Assembly (NCBI GenBank): GCA_048882485.1
Contig: JBHLRP010000001.1
Span: forward strand, 96,001 to 160,000
DNA: 64,000 nucleotides
Origin: Candidatus Thorarchaeota archaeon
Lineage (GTDB): Archaea; Asgardarchaeota; Thorarchaeia; Thorarchaeales; Thorarchaeaceae
Reading direction: 5' to 3'
Part shown: positions 37,594-46,853 of the stretch, in pieces
Layout: every line of letters begins with the position of its first letter
How positions within the stretch are numbered: the stretch's first letter is position 1
Translations under genes and position numbers: made by a program
The notes under the pieces: generated by a model
What the model was told of the DNA's origin: nothing
What the model saw: the letters and a program-made list of their open reading frames with translations, nothing else
The model's database searches: none

Positions 37594-39918
37594 CTAGTCC
37601 TTGAACTTCTTGACATAGATGACATAGACGACGACTATGACACCAACGCCCAATCCAACTGGCAATGCAATAGAGCCCAGGATCGCTAGAATGTCGGGTC
37701 CGACTGGCGATATCTCAGGAAGTTCCAGCAATTGTGTCACCATTGGGGTGATCTGTATCCACAGGAATCCGTCCGTCCCCAAATTCCTCACAGCATAGAT
37801 CCGAAGATGGGAAACATCGGATATTGCTCCGAACTGGAATGATATGTCTGGCAGACTTCCAGTCTGAGCGACACTCAAGTCGCTCCATGCAGTGTCATGA
37901 GAACGTCCATCCACTTCGCTGAAGAGAATCGCTTCGAAGGTGGTGATCTCTCCGGTTCGGATCGACACATTATACCATGTTCCTTTAGTGGTGTTTAGGT
38001 CCACACCGTAGTACTCCACGGAATCTGCTGGTAGTGGCAGTGTGAAGTTATATGAATCCACTGCGGAAGCTACATCCAAGGATGTAGTATCATCATAGAA
38101 TGTGCTGAGTCTATTCACCCATTCAATTGTGAGATTCACGGGATAATCTTGGTAATGGTTTGTCGCTCCTACAGTGTTGTTTGCCACATCGTACGCACAG
38201 ATCCCCACAAAAGCTAGTCCTTCATGCCAGATTCTAGATCCCAGCATGTAGGTCACATTATTCGGATCTGAAGGATTTGTCATCAGAGATGACCCATCCC
38301 ACCAGTTTGCCAAGTCGACGTTCATATTAGCTAGGACTAAATCAGACAAGTCTCTCACTGTTATTTCAAGTGATACGGTGACATTATCATGGTTGTCCAG
38401 ATATAGCGATAGATTGTACAACTGAAAGACACTCGTTGGAACAAAGAATCCACCCAGGCGGACTATACTCGCTTCTGCTTCAGTCGTTATGGGGCCCAAG
38501 TTGAATTCAATCCACTCATTAACACCACTAGCAACCCCAATTTCGACCATGTAGTCACCTGCAGGCAGGTAGTAGTCTGTGGCACCAGCAAGAGTATTTG
38601 CGTCGGTGATGGAACGTTCGACACGATATCCGTCCTCGTACTCCGCCACAATTCTGATGACAAAATCATTAACCCCTACAGCAGTAGAGTTCACCCTTAG
38701 AATCGAGTCCTCCTCAAGGGTCAATCGATAAGCCCTGGTATCTGTCGTGCTGAAGTAGTTCTCGATCTGGAACTCCTGGTTCACAGGAAGTGGGCTTTCA
38801 TCAATTGCTCGATGATACAATGTGTATTCTACGTTGTCACCGCCCATAACAGTGACATAGTGCGTGTCGCCGATGTAGTTGTACACACCAGATGTAGGGG
38901 GTTCAATGGCATCGACATATCGAGAACCGCCATCATATCCGTACTCGAATGAATCACTAGTAAAGAATATGGCAGGTGGCTGAGTTATGCCCGGGAACAT
39001 CTCAGGATAGTTGTAAGAATAGCTGATTGACGCAAGACTATCCGGCGACCAGAACTTATAGGTATGAGCTGTAGGAGCCAGTTCTTTATGGACGAGACTG
39101 CCAGTTTCATCATTTATGACTATTTCTCCAGTGGGCAATTCTCCTGTGACAACCTCGTCTATCCCAATCCTCTGAGGCGACACAGCTGTTGGAAAAATGT
39201 CGAAAAGAGTATTGAGGGTCGATCCAGGAGTCGCTTGGAGAATGACGATATACGTTCCATCAATCGAGGGATTGAATGGAATCAACACTATGTCACCCTC
39301 AGATCCGATTGTTGAAGCCATGAATCGACCTTCCGGATCTACAACGCTGACACTCCATCCCACGTCATCTTGTCTGCAGTCTATTGTCAGATGCACAAAT
39401 TCCTGCCCAGTGACCGGAAGCGTTCCGTAGTAGACAGAATCCCGTTCGACCATGACCGGGGTATGCTGGCCAAAGGCCAATGAGAACGTCCTTGTTTCCA
39501 GGGTGGTATTAACAACTACTCCGCTACCATCAGAAGCTGTGAAGTCGTAGAAATTTGGGAGCCGAGTAGGATTTCCGTATGTACCTGTTGCAAAGCCTTG
39601 ATAGTTCATCCAATAGAATGGAGAATTGGCTGGTTCAAAACCCGAAGACTGAGCACGTGCCCAGCCAGTATTGTCGTAGGAGTATCTATAGTAATCAAGA
39701 TCCTCATTCAAATGAATAGTGGCACGAGATACATGGTCTAGCGGGTCGGGCTCAAGATACAGATATGTATGATTATTCGTTCCGTAATGAAACGCTTGAT
39801 TGTACTTCTCGATAGCAATCTGCGACTGCAGTGCGGCGACGGGAGTGACTAGGGATCCCATCAGAAATGCAAACGCTATTGCTACCCCTAGAATTATTCT
39901 TGTATTGATGTGCTTCAT
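37594..39918 (-). CDS. Secreted, C-terminally membrane-anchored beta-rich surface glycoprotein
   Basis: N-terminal signal peptide, repeated Y.F/WYNVS beta-sandwich-like segments, many N-x-S/T sequons, C-terminal TM plus KKFKD. Confidence 0.8.
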   Translation of the reverse strand: MKHINTRIILGVAIAFAFLMGSLVTPVAALQSQIAIEKYNQAFHYGTNNHTYLYLEPDPLDHVSRATIHLNEDLDYYRYSYDNTGWARAQSSGFEPANSPFYWMNYQGFATGTYGNPTRLPNFYDFTASDGSGVVVNTTLETRTFSLAFGQHTPVMVERDSVYYGTLPVTGQEFVHLTIDCRQDDVGWSVSVVDPEGRFMASTIGSEGDIVLIPFNPSIDGTYIVILQATPGSTLNTLFDIFPTAVSPQRIGIDEVVTGELPTGEIVINDETGSLVHKELAPTAHTYKFWSPDSLASISYSYNYPEMFPGITQPPAIFFTSDSFEYGYDGGSRYVDAIEPPTSGVYNYIGDTHYVTVMGGDNVEYTLYHRAIDESPLPVNQEFQIENYFSTTDTRAYRLTLEEDSILRVNSTAVGVNDFVIRIVAEYEDGYRVERSITDANTLAGATDYYLPAGDYMVEIGVASGVNEWIEFNLGPITTEAEASIVRLGGFFVPTSVFQLYNLSLYLDNHDNVTVSLEITVRDLSDLVLANMNVDLANWWDGSSLMTNPSDPNNVTYMLGSRIWHEGLAFVGICAYDVANNTVGATNHYQDYPVNLTIEWVNRLSTFYDDTTSLDVASAVDSYNFTLPLPADSVEYYGVDLNTTKGTWYNVSIRTGEITTFEAILFSEVDGRSHDTAWSDLSVAQTGSLPDISFQFGAISDVSHLRIYAVRNLGTDGFLWIQITPMVTQLLELPEISPVGPDILAILGSIALPVGLGVGVIVVVYVIYVKKFKD

Positions 39919-40014
39919 TGCACATCATCACCTCTGCCAATCAATTTACGCTCATATTGTTATGAATAAACGTTGTATCTTGTTGAGGTGGAGTGGTGCA
40001 AGCTTCGCTTCTTT

Positions 40015-40935
40015 CTATAGTTGCTCGGCGTCGCGCTGATAGAGGTTCATCTTATCGTAGTACTTGTAGAACCTTCGAGTTATGTCACCAAACTCATCCC
40101 AAATAATCCGTGTGATTCTGCCAAACTCGGGAGGCGTTACTGCAAAGACTGCTTTTCGTGCTATGCTTTCTCCAATCAAGCGTCTAGCCCGCATCATCTC
40201 ACTCTTTGATATTGCGAATGCCTTTAGTGTATTCAACGCCTTTGTGACTGATCTCTCTCTGAAAGAGAAGAAATACTTCAGCACTTCTTTGAAAAACTGC
40301 TCTGACGGAACTTCGAATTTCGGTGCCACTCCCTTGAGCTGTAGGAGTGCGGCATCTACATTGGGAGATGGATAAAACTTTGTCTTCGAAATAGTGTGTA
40401 GAAGCCTTGCTTCAGTTCTTCTTGCCGCTTGAACGCTAATGCGACTATATCCTCTATCACCGGGTTTTGCTGTGATTCGCCTCGTTAATCGCTCCTGGCA
40501 AACGAGAATGGCAAGATCGAAGTCATAATTAACTAGCTTGAAGATTATTGGAAGGGCGACCTTGAAGGGCAGATTTGATACAACTTTGTTGAAGAACGGG
40601 AACTCGGCAGTCAATGCGTCATCGAATATAACTTCTAGATTGGGAGAACGCTTCTGTAGGTCTGTAAGGATATTTCGAAATTGAGTATCTATTTCAACAG
40701 CTACTACATGTTTTGCTTTGCGCGTAAGTGCTTCGGTCAATATGCCTATGCCTGGTCCAATCTCAAGTACCGTGTCCTTCTTACGCACCTCCGCCAAAGA
40801 AACCTCTCTGTCAATGAGATTTCTGTCAATAATGAAGTTCTGTCCATGTTCCGCATCCGGAACAATTCCATATCTTGACAGAAGGGGTCGAATCTTGACA
40901 GGAGGACGCTTCTTGGACTTTGACACACCACTCAC
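40015..40935 (-). CDS. rsmA: 16S rRNA adenine dimethyltransferase KsgA/Dim1 family
   Basis: GQNFIID, VLEIGPGIG.LT, VEID, VSNLPF, YSRISV, F.P.P.VD. Confidence 0.92.
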   Translation of the reverse strand: MSGVSKSKKRPPVKIRPLLSRYGIVPDAEHGQNFIIDRNLIDREVSLAEVRKKDTVLEIGPGIGILTEALTRKAKHVVAVEIDTQFRNILTDLQKRSPNLEVIFDDALTAEFPFFNKVVSNLPFKVALPIIFKLVNYDFDLAILVCQERLTRRITAKPGDRGYSRISVQAARRTEARLLHTISKTKFYPSPNVDAALLQLKGVAPKFEVPSEQFFKEVLKYFFSFRERSVTKALNTLKAFAISKSEMMRARRLIGESIARKAVFAVTPPEFGRITRIIWDEFGDITRRFYKYYDKMNLYQRDAEQL

Positions 40936-41727
40936 CTATTTGTGAACCAGTTTTGCTGCACCATCATGATAGACTCGCATTCGTTTTCCCCGCAAAGCTC
41001 CAATGAGTGTAATGTCGCCTTTCTTGGCAACTTTGACTCCAGCATCCGTTGCAACCGATGATGACACCAAGAGAGGTATGGAGGACCATGCGCATTTCGA
41101 AACAACATCCGCAGTGAGTCTGCCGCTGCTGACTAGGAGGCATTTTCTCAGGTCCTTTGATTTTGCAACTGCTAGCCCGATGCATTTGTCAACAGCATTA
41201 TGTCGCCCCAAATCCTCTGCCATTAATCGGACTTCGCTGCCTATCTCTTGAATGAGTGCTGCATGAGTGGCGCCAGTCTTCTTATGGACTTCTTGTGCCT
41301 CTCTCATCTCTGAATATATAGAGAAAATCAGGTCTGGCAGAACCTCTAGCGTGAAATCAAGTCGTGGTATCTCTCCACCAGTACGAAGAGTCCTAAGCAT
41401 GTCTGGAGCTGAGCACTCTGTTGTCACTACGCGCCGTATAGCAGGTTCTTCTGACTTTCTTGCCTCAGCTCCCTTCACTAATTTGACACTACATCGATTG
41501 TTTACAGTTTTCACTGAGGCGATGTGATTCGGTTGCGCAACTATGCCAGAAGACAGGAGATAGCCAACAGCTAGCTCATCCTCAAAGCCTGGAGTGCATA
41601 CAAAAGCCGCAATGAAATCATCATCTAGCCTGAGCTCTAGCGCTGTTTCAATTGCAATGGCATCTTCTTCTGCAAACCGCTCTCCTCCCTTATAGAGGAC
41701 CGTTGGTAGCATCCTGTATTCACGCAT
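40936..41727 (-). CDS. fdhD: Formate dehydrogenase accessory sulfurtransferase
   Basis: TP....ELAVGYL.S.G, TGATHAA, EDLGRHNAVDK, SGRL. Confidence 0.92.
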   Translation of the reverse strand: MREYRMLPTVLYKGGERFAEEDAIAIETALELRLDDDFIAAFVCTPGFEDELAVGYLLSSGIVAQPNHIASVKTVNNRCSVKLVKGAEARKSEEPAIRRVVTTECSAPDMLRTLRTGGEIPRLDFTLEVLPDLIFSIYSEMREAQEVHKKTGATHAALIQEIGSEVRLMAEDLGRHNAVDKCIGLAVAKSKDLRKCLLVSSGRLTADVVSKCAWSSIPLLVSSSVATDAGVKVAKKGDITLIGALRGKRMRVYHDGAAKLVHK

Positions 41728-41798
41728 GCGGGAACCACCTCAGATTTCGAGGTCACTGTAGAGAAATCGAGTCATGCAGTAGATAAACCCAGAGGGTA

Positions 41799-42626
41799 TT
41801 ACATATTTTGCATGTTCAAAGCGTACTCATGGCATTCTCTCAGAAGATAGTATCCATTATATGCCAAATCGCGGAAATCGTTGCGGCTAGTATAGCCAGA
41901 GATGAACAGCCGCCATCCAGCCATATAGAACGCCCTGTAGAGTCGCTCCATTTCATTCAACCTCATATCTAATAGTTGGGCACATATCTTAGTGCGATTC
42001 CAGTTCCAAACCGAATTTGGATCTTCATGGGTCTGTGTTATCACTCGCACGGGTGATGGTGACACTCTCCACAGCATTCGTCTAATCATTGACCAGAAGT
42101 CAAACCCAGCTCTGTCTACAGCACTCATGACAACTTCATGCAGATACTCCTTCAGATCGATCAAGTTCCCCAAGTCGATTTGGCGGATAGTATCATCTGA
42201 GGGAATCTTCGCCGGCTTAGGATCCCCTATCAGAGGTTGTACTGCATCGATCCTAGGCATTACAAACCATTTCTCTGCCCGGAACGGGTTGATATGAACC
42301 AATTGACTGCGTGGAAAATGAAGAGGCTTTGGTTCCAGCTCGAAGAATCGGTCTTCATATCGCCTGGAGAATCGCATTGCTGCCTCGAATCTGTCCTTGC
42401 AACCATGGAACAGATCTTCCTCATCTTTGAGTAGGATGTGGATGTCAACATCACTGAGCACTGGCACATAGTCAATTGGGGAGTCCCATTTCTTCATTGA
42501 GGATCCCTTAGAATAGACATATTCGATGCGGTCTCCAAGTTCATCCTTCAGCACCTCAATCCACGATTGGAGACACATCCTGATTTCATGGCGTGCTTTC
42601 TTGTGAAGAAGAGCAAAATCAGTCAT
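41799..42626 (-). CDS. Putative nucleotidyltransferase (Pol-beta superfamily)
   Basis: hhKGSS...SDVDIH signature followed by a helical C-terminal domain. Confidence 0.65.
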   Translation of the reverse strand: MTDFALLHKKARHEIRMCLQSWIEVLKDELGDRIEYVYSKGSSMKKWDSPIDYVPVLSDVDIHILLKDEEDLFHGCKDRFEAAMRFSRRYEDRFFELEPKPLHFPRSQLVHINPFRAEKWFVMPRIDAVQPLIGDPKPAKIPSDDTIRQIDLGNLIDLKEYLHEVVMSAVDRAGFDFWSMIRRMLWRVSPSPVRVITQTHEDPNSVWNWNRTKICAQLLDMRLNEMERLYRAFYMAGWRLFISGYTSRNDFRDLAYNGYYLLRECHEYALNMQNM

Positions 42627-42739
42627 AGGTCATATGAAGCACTGGCAAATGAAAACGCTTCCGCCTTAGAAGAGTGCAGCCATACCCTTAATTGCAGGTA
42701 CGGCCTCAACGGATAATCGCAAGGACGAGCGATGACGCA

Positions 42740-44242
42740 ATGACAGACCAAGGACAGCAATCTATAGTAGCCAGCATCGATATGCCTGGTCCCTACAAGA
42801 TTGTGGCAGCAACAAGCTTTGGTGTTTTTCTAAGCGCCCTTGATTCCTCGATCGTGAACGTTTCACTAGTAACAATGGCAACCAGCCTCAGCGTTGAGAT
42901 GGCTGAGATTCAGTGGGTTGTCCTCTCATACCTTCTAATCATGACTTCCTTTATGCCGCTGATGGGAAAGTTCGGGGATAGGTTCTGTAAGACAAAAGTC
43001 TTCCAAATGGGGATGATCATTTTCGTGGTTGGATCACTATTCTGTGCATTTAGTCCAACCCTTCAATTCCTGATTATATCAAGGATATTCCAGGCTTTTG
43101 GCGCAAGTATGATGTCAGCTAATGGATTAGCTCTAGTCACTTACTTCACCACGCCCTCAAATCGAGGGAGAGCTATAGGATTGAGCTCAATTGTCTTGGC
43201 TGCTGCTTTGGCTCTAGGTCCAGTCTTGGGTGGAATCCTTAGTCAATTCTTTGGATGGCAAAGCATCTTCCTCATCAACCTGCCCATTGGCGTTGTAGGA
43301 TTCCTCGTAGTCTGGGCGACTATTCCTGAAACCGAATGCGTGCATGAGGTGAAATTCGATACAGTTGGAGCAATGCTTTTCCTGACCTTTCTATTCACAT
43401 TGATCTTCACTGTTTCCGTTATTGGATCAATTGCAGTATTCCCTGACCTGATTCTACTGCTGGCAATCTTCATTGTTTCTTTCATAGCGTTCATCTATAG
43501 AGAGAGAACCTTCATCACACCCATAATCCCGATGAATGTCCTAGCTGACAGACGGACATCAGTGAGTATATTCTCAGCACTTCTTGCTTACATGTCTCTT
43601 GTACCTGTGTCATTCCTACTGCCCTTCTATCTCCAGGATGCAAAAGGCTTCACACAGGTTGCTACAGGCCTTATACTTGTCGCACATCCCCTCGTTATCT
43701 CAGTCGTGGGACCGTTCTCAGGATTTGTTTCAGAGAGAATCAGAGCAAAGACCCAGACAGTTGTGGGTCTAATTGCTCAATTCATAGGCCTAGTCTTCTT
43801 CGGAATGGCTGTGGCTAGTATTCAGCCAATGCCCAATGCAACTGCAATTCCTTGGGTGTCCCTAATTCTACCAGTGCTTGGCATTGTGATTCTCGGATTT
43901 GGTCTATCATTCTTCAGTGTGGCGAATAGCAATTTCATCATGACTTCGACACCCCGGGATTATATGGGCGTAGTTAGTGCTCTGACAAACATCGCTCGAA
44001 CAACTGGATTCTCAGTTGCAACAGCTCTTGTGACGACGGTCTTCATGTTGAATTTCGCAGCTATCAATACCACCGGAGCTACCTCAGGCCCGTTGTATGT
44101 TGGTGCATATACACTAGCATACCAGTTCACAGTCTGGGCACTAGCAATACTAGCCGTACTGGGTATCGCAATCTCCATGTTTAGAGGTCTCAGTCCAGCT
44201 GAAGCTGAAAGAGAAGCTGCACAAGTAGCTGCAGAAGATTAG
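42740..44242 (+). CDS. MFS transporter, DHA2 (14-TM) family
   Basis: LD.SIVNVSL, GKFGDRF, RIFQAFGA, GPVLGG.L, W.SIFLINLPIG. Confidence 0.93.
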   Translation: MTDQGQQSIVASIDMPGPYKIVAATSFGVFLSALDSSIVNVSLVTMATSLSVEMAEIQWVVLSYLLIMTSFMPLMGKFGDRFCKTKVFQMGMIIFVVGSLFCAFSPTLQFLIISRIFQAFGASMMSANGLALVTYFTTPSNRGRAIGLSSIVLAAALALGPVLGGILSQFFGWQSIFLINLPIGVVGFLVVWATIPETECVHEVKFDTVGAMLFLTFLFTLIFTVSVIGSIAVFPDLILLLAIFIVSFIAFIYRERTFITPIIPMNVLADRRTSVSIFSALLAYMSLVPVSFLLPFYLQDAKGFTQVATGLILVAHPLVISVVGPFSGFVSERIRAKTQTVVGLIAQFIGLVFFGMAVASIQPMPNATAIPWVSLILPVLGIVILGFGLSFFSVANSNFIMTSTPRDYMGVVSALTNIARTTGFSVATALVTTVFMLNFAAINTTGATSGPLYVGAYTLAYQFTVWALAILAVLGIAISMFRGLSPAEAEREAAQVAAED

Positions 44243-45582
44243 AGTCCAAATGCATCAGCAATTGTAAGTACTCGTCTCCTGAAATCAGGATGGCTCAACG
44301 CCATCAGGTTCTTCCCAACCTCGCTGTCAAACATGAGCTTCTTAGGATTAGTCCTGAGCAAGTCCAATAGGTCTTTTATCTCATCGTTCGAGAGACGGCG
44401 GTCACCATCATAATCGACTGATCTCCAGTCAACGGTCTTTGGTGTCTTATCTTCCTCTTTCGATGGTTCTTCTTTCACAGGCCTCTTCTCTTCAAGGAAA
44501 ACCATTGCTGGCTCAATAGCTGACTTGATCTGTTGATCGCTGAGATTTACTCCATAGACCTCTCTCATATGTTTCAATCTAGTTGCAAGGAAGACCCATG
44601 GAGCCATCTCTCGTGCATTGGCCTCATCAATTCCATCAAGAGGGTATTGTTCAATCATTCGGACAAGCTCCTTCTGTGTAACAACACCACTCCGTTCAGG
44701 ATTCAGTGATTCCAACCAACGAATCTCGTCAATCAGAACAGAAATCGCCTCTGACCTCTGCCCCAGACGAATGAGACCATTGATTGTCTGCTCAGCGCCT
44801 ACAACTTCCGCTGCGTGATAATCAGATAGTAGCTCCGCTTCACGTGATCCTTTCTGCATGAGGAAAATCGATACGGCTGCTAGGAATCTAGAAAGCCCGA
44901 AGAATGCCAGTAGTACTATAACACGAATCCCAGCTACAACGACATCACCAGCAACGAAGAGGGAGTCAGATACGGCCAGGGCTATTCGCACATAGACATA
45001 GATATAGATCGTATCAATAAAGAAGGCGGGCATCCTAGCTAGAATCTGAATGACAGAGTCGCGATTCTTGATGTGTCCAACCTCATGCGCGATGATCGCT
45101 TTTACTTCTTCAGGTTCAAGCACATCCAAGATGTTGCTATGTACAGCGATGATGGAGCCCATCAAAGGAAGGCTGAATGTAAATGCATTGGGGAGGGGCG
45201 ACTTCATCAGATAGATCTTGCTTACTGAAACTCCACTCAATTTCGCAGTTTCAAGGGTCCATTTGACTATCTCATCACGTGAGAACTGACATGCCCATTC
45301 GTCTGGGCTCTTGAAATCAGGATAGAGCTGCAATAAATCCGGACTTCGTTGCATGGCAACTGCAACATAGTATACGAGGAAGAGTTGGAGCAAGCTGATG
45401 CCAATCAATAGAGTCAGCGAAGCAGCAAGATCAAATCTTGAAAAGTCAATGCCAACGACAAGAGGGTTATTCTGTTCGTCGAGATACAAAACCGACACAA
45501 ACAGGATTTGCAGGAAGTCCATTATCAAGAAGGCATACAGTGACATCCACTTTCTCTTTGTGACTGCTTCAATAGTGTCCAA
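44239..45582 (-). CDS. M48 family (HtpX/Ste24-like) membrane zinc metalloprotease with inserted domain carrying an EF-hand-like loop
   Basis: PNAF, IAHEVGH, SREAE..SD, LSHP...RRV. DYDGDRRLSNDE lies in the insertion. Confidence 0.88.
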   Translation of the reverse strand: MDTIEAVTKRKWMSLYAFLIMDFLQILFVSVLYLDEQNNPLVVGIDFSRFDLAASLTLLIGISLLQLFLVYYVAVAMQRSPDLLQLYPDFKSPDEWACQFSRDEIVKWTLETAKLSGVSVSKIYLMKSPLPNAFTFSLPLMGSIIAVHSNILDVLEPEEVKAIIAHEVGHIKNRDSVIQILARMPAFFIDTIYIYVYVRIALAVSDSLFVAGDVVVAGIRVIVLLAFFGLSRFLAAVSIFLMQKGSREAELLSDYHAAEVVGAEQTINGLIRLGQRSEAISVLIDEIRWLESLNPERSGVVTQKELVRMIEQYPLDGIDEANAREMAPWVFLATRLKHMREVYGVNLSDQQIKSAIEPAMVFLEEKRPVKEEPSKEEDKTPKTVDWRSVDYDGDRRLSNDEIKDLLDLLRTNPKKLMFDSEVGKNLMALSHPDFRRRVLTIADAFGL

Positions 45583-45658
45583 TGTGCATCCCTCGAATCA
45601 AATCAATCTGGCGAACTTATCTCGAGATTTAACTTTTGGGACTTATACATGTGGGCAA

Positions 45659-46210
45659 TCATGCCTCCCTGGCTCGTGTCTTGACCAGCTGTCTGGATTC
45701 AGTTGCAGCATGCAGAAAGAGTTCAGCGACATTCAGCCCCGTTTTTGCGCTCGCCTCAAAATAAGTCAGGGTCAAGATATCTGCCATCCTTCGGCCCTCC
45801 TCGGCGGTGATTTTCTCTTGGTCTTCTAAATCAGCCTTATTGCCAACAAGGGATCCTCTTGGGAAGAGCTTCTCGGGTATGTTAACATTCTTTGTTAAAG
45901 ATCCATGCCATTCTGGAATGAGGTCAAACGTGGATCGGTCAGTCTTATCGAAGACAAGAATCATATGATGAGAACCAGCAAAGAAGCGACTTCTTAGACT
46001 GGTGAAAGTTGACTGTCCTCCAATGTCAACAACAGTAAGGACAACAGATCCATCCGGAAAGTCAAATGTAGCTGCCTTCATGTCCATTCCTACGGTGGCT
46101 GTGTACCCTTCGCTGAATTCCCCCGCTTGATAGCGCCTAATCAGTGAGCTTTTTCCCACGTTTGGTGGGCCAAGAACAATGGCCTTGTAAATTTCTGCCA
46201 GGTCGGACAA
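45659..46210 (-). CDS. Rab-like small GTPase (Ras superfamily)
   Basis: G1 GPPNVGKS, G2 YTATVGMD, G3 DIGGQ, G4 GNKAD, G5 EASAK. No C-terminal Cys. Confidence 0.93.
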   Translation of the reverse strand: MSDLAEIYKAIVLGPPNVGKSSLIRRYQAGEFSEGYTATVGMDMKAATFDFPDGSVVLTVVDIGGQSTFTSLRSRFFAGSHHMILVFDKTDRSTFDLIPEWHGSLTKNVNIPEKLFPRGSLVGNKADLEDQEKITAEEGRRMADILTLTYFEASAKTGLNVAELFLHAATESRQLVKTRAREA

Positions 46211-46343
46211 CCCCTTGCTTGCAAGAGGAATCCATCTTCATTACTTTTCAGCGTTGGGGCGACATACTCTATGATTGCATAGGATATTAGCCCTTCACCT
46301 ATAGAAGCCTTTTAGAGGCGGTAGGGTCCGTGAAAGAAACGCA

Positions 46344-46817
46344 ATGGTCGACTTGGACGACATCAGAAAGAGAACGAAGAATGCTAGAGATTATGTCGAG
46401 AGTATAGAAGGCAAGGCAGGAGGCCAATTTCTTGAGGTCTACGATGATTACAAACTGGATCCTCATTCGACAGAGGAACTCAAGACTTTAACTAAAGGCC
46501 TCGTATTTGTAGTGATGAGCGCTGGGTGGTGCAAGGATTGCAGATTTGCGCTTCCAGTTCTAATGCATTTGGAAGAGGAAATTGGGCTGGACGTAAGATG
46601 CTTTGGTGGCATCAAGACAGCTCCATTGGATCCAGATCATCAATGGAAAATCCCGCCTTCTCCTCCAGAGATGGAAGAGTGGGGGGTGACAGCGATTCCT
46701 TGGATTCAGATATTCGATAGTAATGGCGATAGAGTTGCAGTCATAATTGAGAAGCCTGCGGTGAAGTCTACCCTGGAAGCTGAACTTGTCCATGTCATAA
46801 AAGAAGCCTTGGCGTAG
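46344..46817 (+). CDS. Thioredoxin-fold protein
   Basis: WCKDC active site, cis-Pro motif TAIP. Confidence 0.85.
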   Translation: MVDLDDIRKRTKNARDYVESIEGKAGGQFLEVYDDYKLDPHSTEELKTLTKGLVFVVMSAGWCKDCRFALPVLMHLEEEIGLDVRCFGGIKTAPLDPDHQWKIPPSPPEMEEWGVTAIPWIQIFDSNGDRVAVIIEKPAVKSTLEAELVHVIKEALA

Positions 46818-46853
46818 AAATAAAAGCAACTCCAATCTGTGATAAGCTAATCA

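Noticed and set aside
45659-45700. CAAX prenylation signal on the small GTPase
   Set aside because: The C-terminus is KTRAREA, with no cysteine.
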